Source: Azolla caroliniana (Eukaryota > Plantae > Polypodiophyta). From it: a DNA stretch of 64,000 nucleotides. This document shows positions 62,902 to 64,000 of the stretch, in pieces (the first letter of the stretch is position 1; the number at the start of each line of letters is the position of its first letter). The DNA lies in the NCBI GenBank assembly GCA_043228905.1, contig JBHGNT010000007.1, positions 16,306,001-16,370,000 of the forward strand. The letters are read 5' to 3'. A program made the translations under genes and the position numbers. The notes beneath the pieces were generated by a model. That model was not told where the DNA came from. It worked only from the letters and a program-made list of their open reading frames with translations, and made no database searches.

Positions 62902-64000
62902 CCGGAAACCGGAGGAGACCCAACGAGAATCGGAAGATAGACATATCTGTAAATATGTTTTGAGCAAGCCTATTGAGGCTATATTTTTAAATAGCCCTAA
63001 GTTCATATAAGTATAAATATGACTTAGGGCAATCACTTTAGTGGTGTGTGTTGTTATTGTTGTTGTTATGTTGTTGTACAGAGAAAGAGTGATAGAGAGA
63101 CAATGTTAGATATAGAGCAATACTATGTTGTAACCGTCGGTTGGCGAAGAAACAAAGCTCGAAGTCCTTGCCTCTGAGTCTCTGATTGTACCCTCTGTTC
63201 TTCATAGTGATAGTTGGAGTCTGTGGGCTCCTGTGGTTTTCCCCATTCAGGGTTTTCCGCCTAAACATCCTGTGTACTCTCTTTTGTGTGTACGTTTATT
63301 CCCATTCCTGTGTTGCACTCTTATCAAAGTAATTCAAAATTTGGTCATGGCTGAGCAGTATTCCACACTATTCCTCTCAAACTGGTATCAAAGCGAACAA
63401 CACAGGAAATGGAAGAATCATTCGGCGGCATGTTCAAGCTCACTGGCTCCAACTACTCAATGTGGAAGTCGAAGATGAGGGATATGCTGGTGGTTAAAGA
63501 TCTTTAGTTTCCGATTGAGTTCGGGGACAAGAAATTGGATAAGATCGATGCCACCGTGTGGGAGGTGATGCACATGAAGACAACGACATACATCCGGTGC
63601 TTCATTGACATGAGCCTGTACAACAACTTCATTGAAGAGAGCAAGGCTTTTGAACTCTGGGAGAAGATCGACATCATGTTCTAGAACAAGATTGTCGTTA
63701 ATCGGGTTTCGGTATTGCCAAAGCTAGTGAGGTTCTGGTACCAGGACGGCTCCAGTATGGCGGAGCACATGAATGCCTTCTAGGGGCTGATACATCAAGC
63801 AACCTCGTTGGATGTAGCTCTCGCCAATGAGGTACTCGCATTGCCCCTGCTCGGTTCCCTCCTGGATAGCTAGGAGACGTTATTTGTCACGTTGGGCAAC
63901 ACCGGGCCGGAAGGAAAACAATTGTTCCTAGCAAGGGTACAATCAGGCTTGCTAAATGAAGAAGCTCGCCAGAAGGACCGGGAGGTCGGAACCGATCTGA
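62902..64000 (+). mobile_element. Copia B-like element: partial 5' LTR, iMet PBS (63383) and decayed gag from 63409
   Basis: GTATAAATATGACTTAGGGCAA LTR motif; TGGTATCAAAGC; MEESFGGMFKLTGSNYSMWKSKM; LLGSL.DS.E. Confidence 0.85.

Overview
Eukaryotic (land plant) genomic DNA, roughly 90% nested and decayed LTR retrotransposons. The element mix suggests a seed-free plant such as a fern, but that is inference only. One intact host gene, an intronless molybdate transporter (MOT1/MOT2 family, 26444-27886, minus), sits in a ~6 kb AT-rich island with an unusual array of seven 83-bp units separated by variable (TC)n tracts. The TE content is: a Tcn1/Tf1-like chromovirus, several tRNA-iMet-primed Copia families (one full-length copy, solo LTRs with 5-bp TSDs), a deleted LINE, and at least six insertions of a tRNA-Trp-primed non-chromovirus Gypsy group. 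That Gypsy group is the most interesting system here. It has 4-bp TSDs centred on CpG, a constant 4-nt LTR-PBS spacer, and a conserved GGAUUUU-UAG -1 frameshift site between gag-protease and RT. One of its LTRs also carries a Copia-like U3 block and a Pol III B-box. All coordinates and counts were made by eye and no database searches were run. Family labels A-G are my own.
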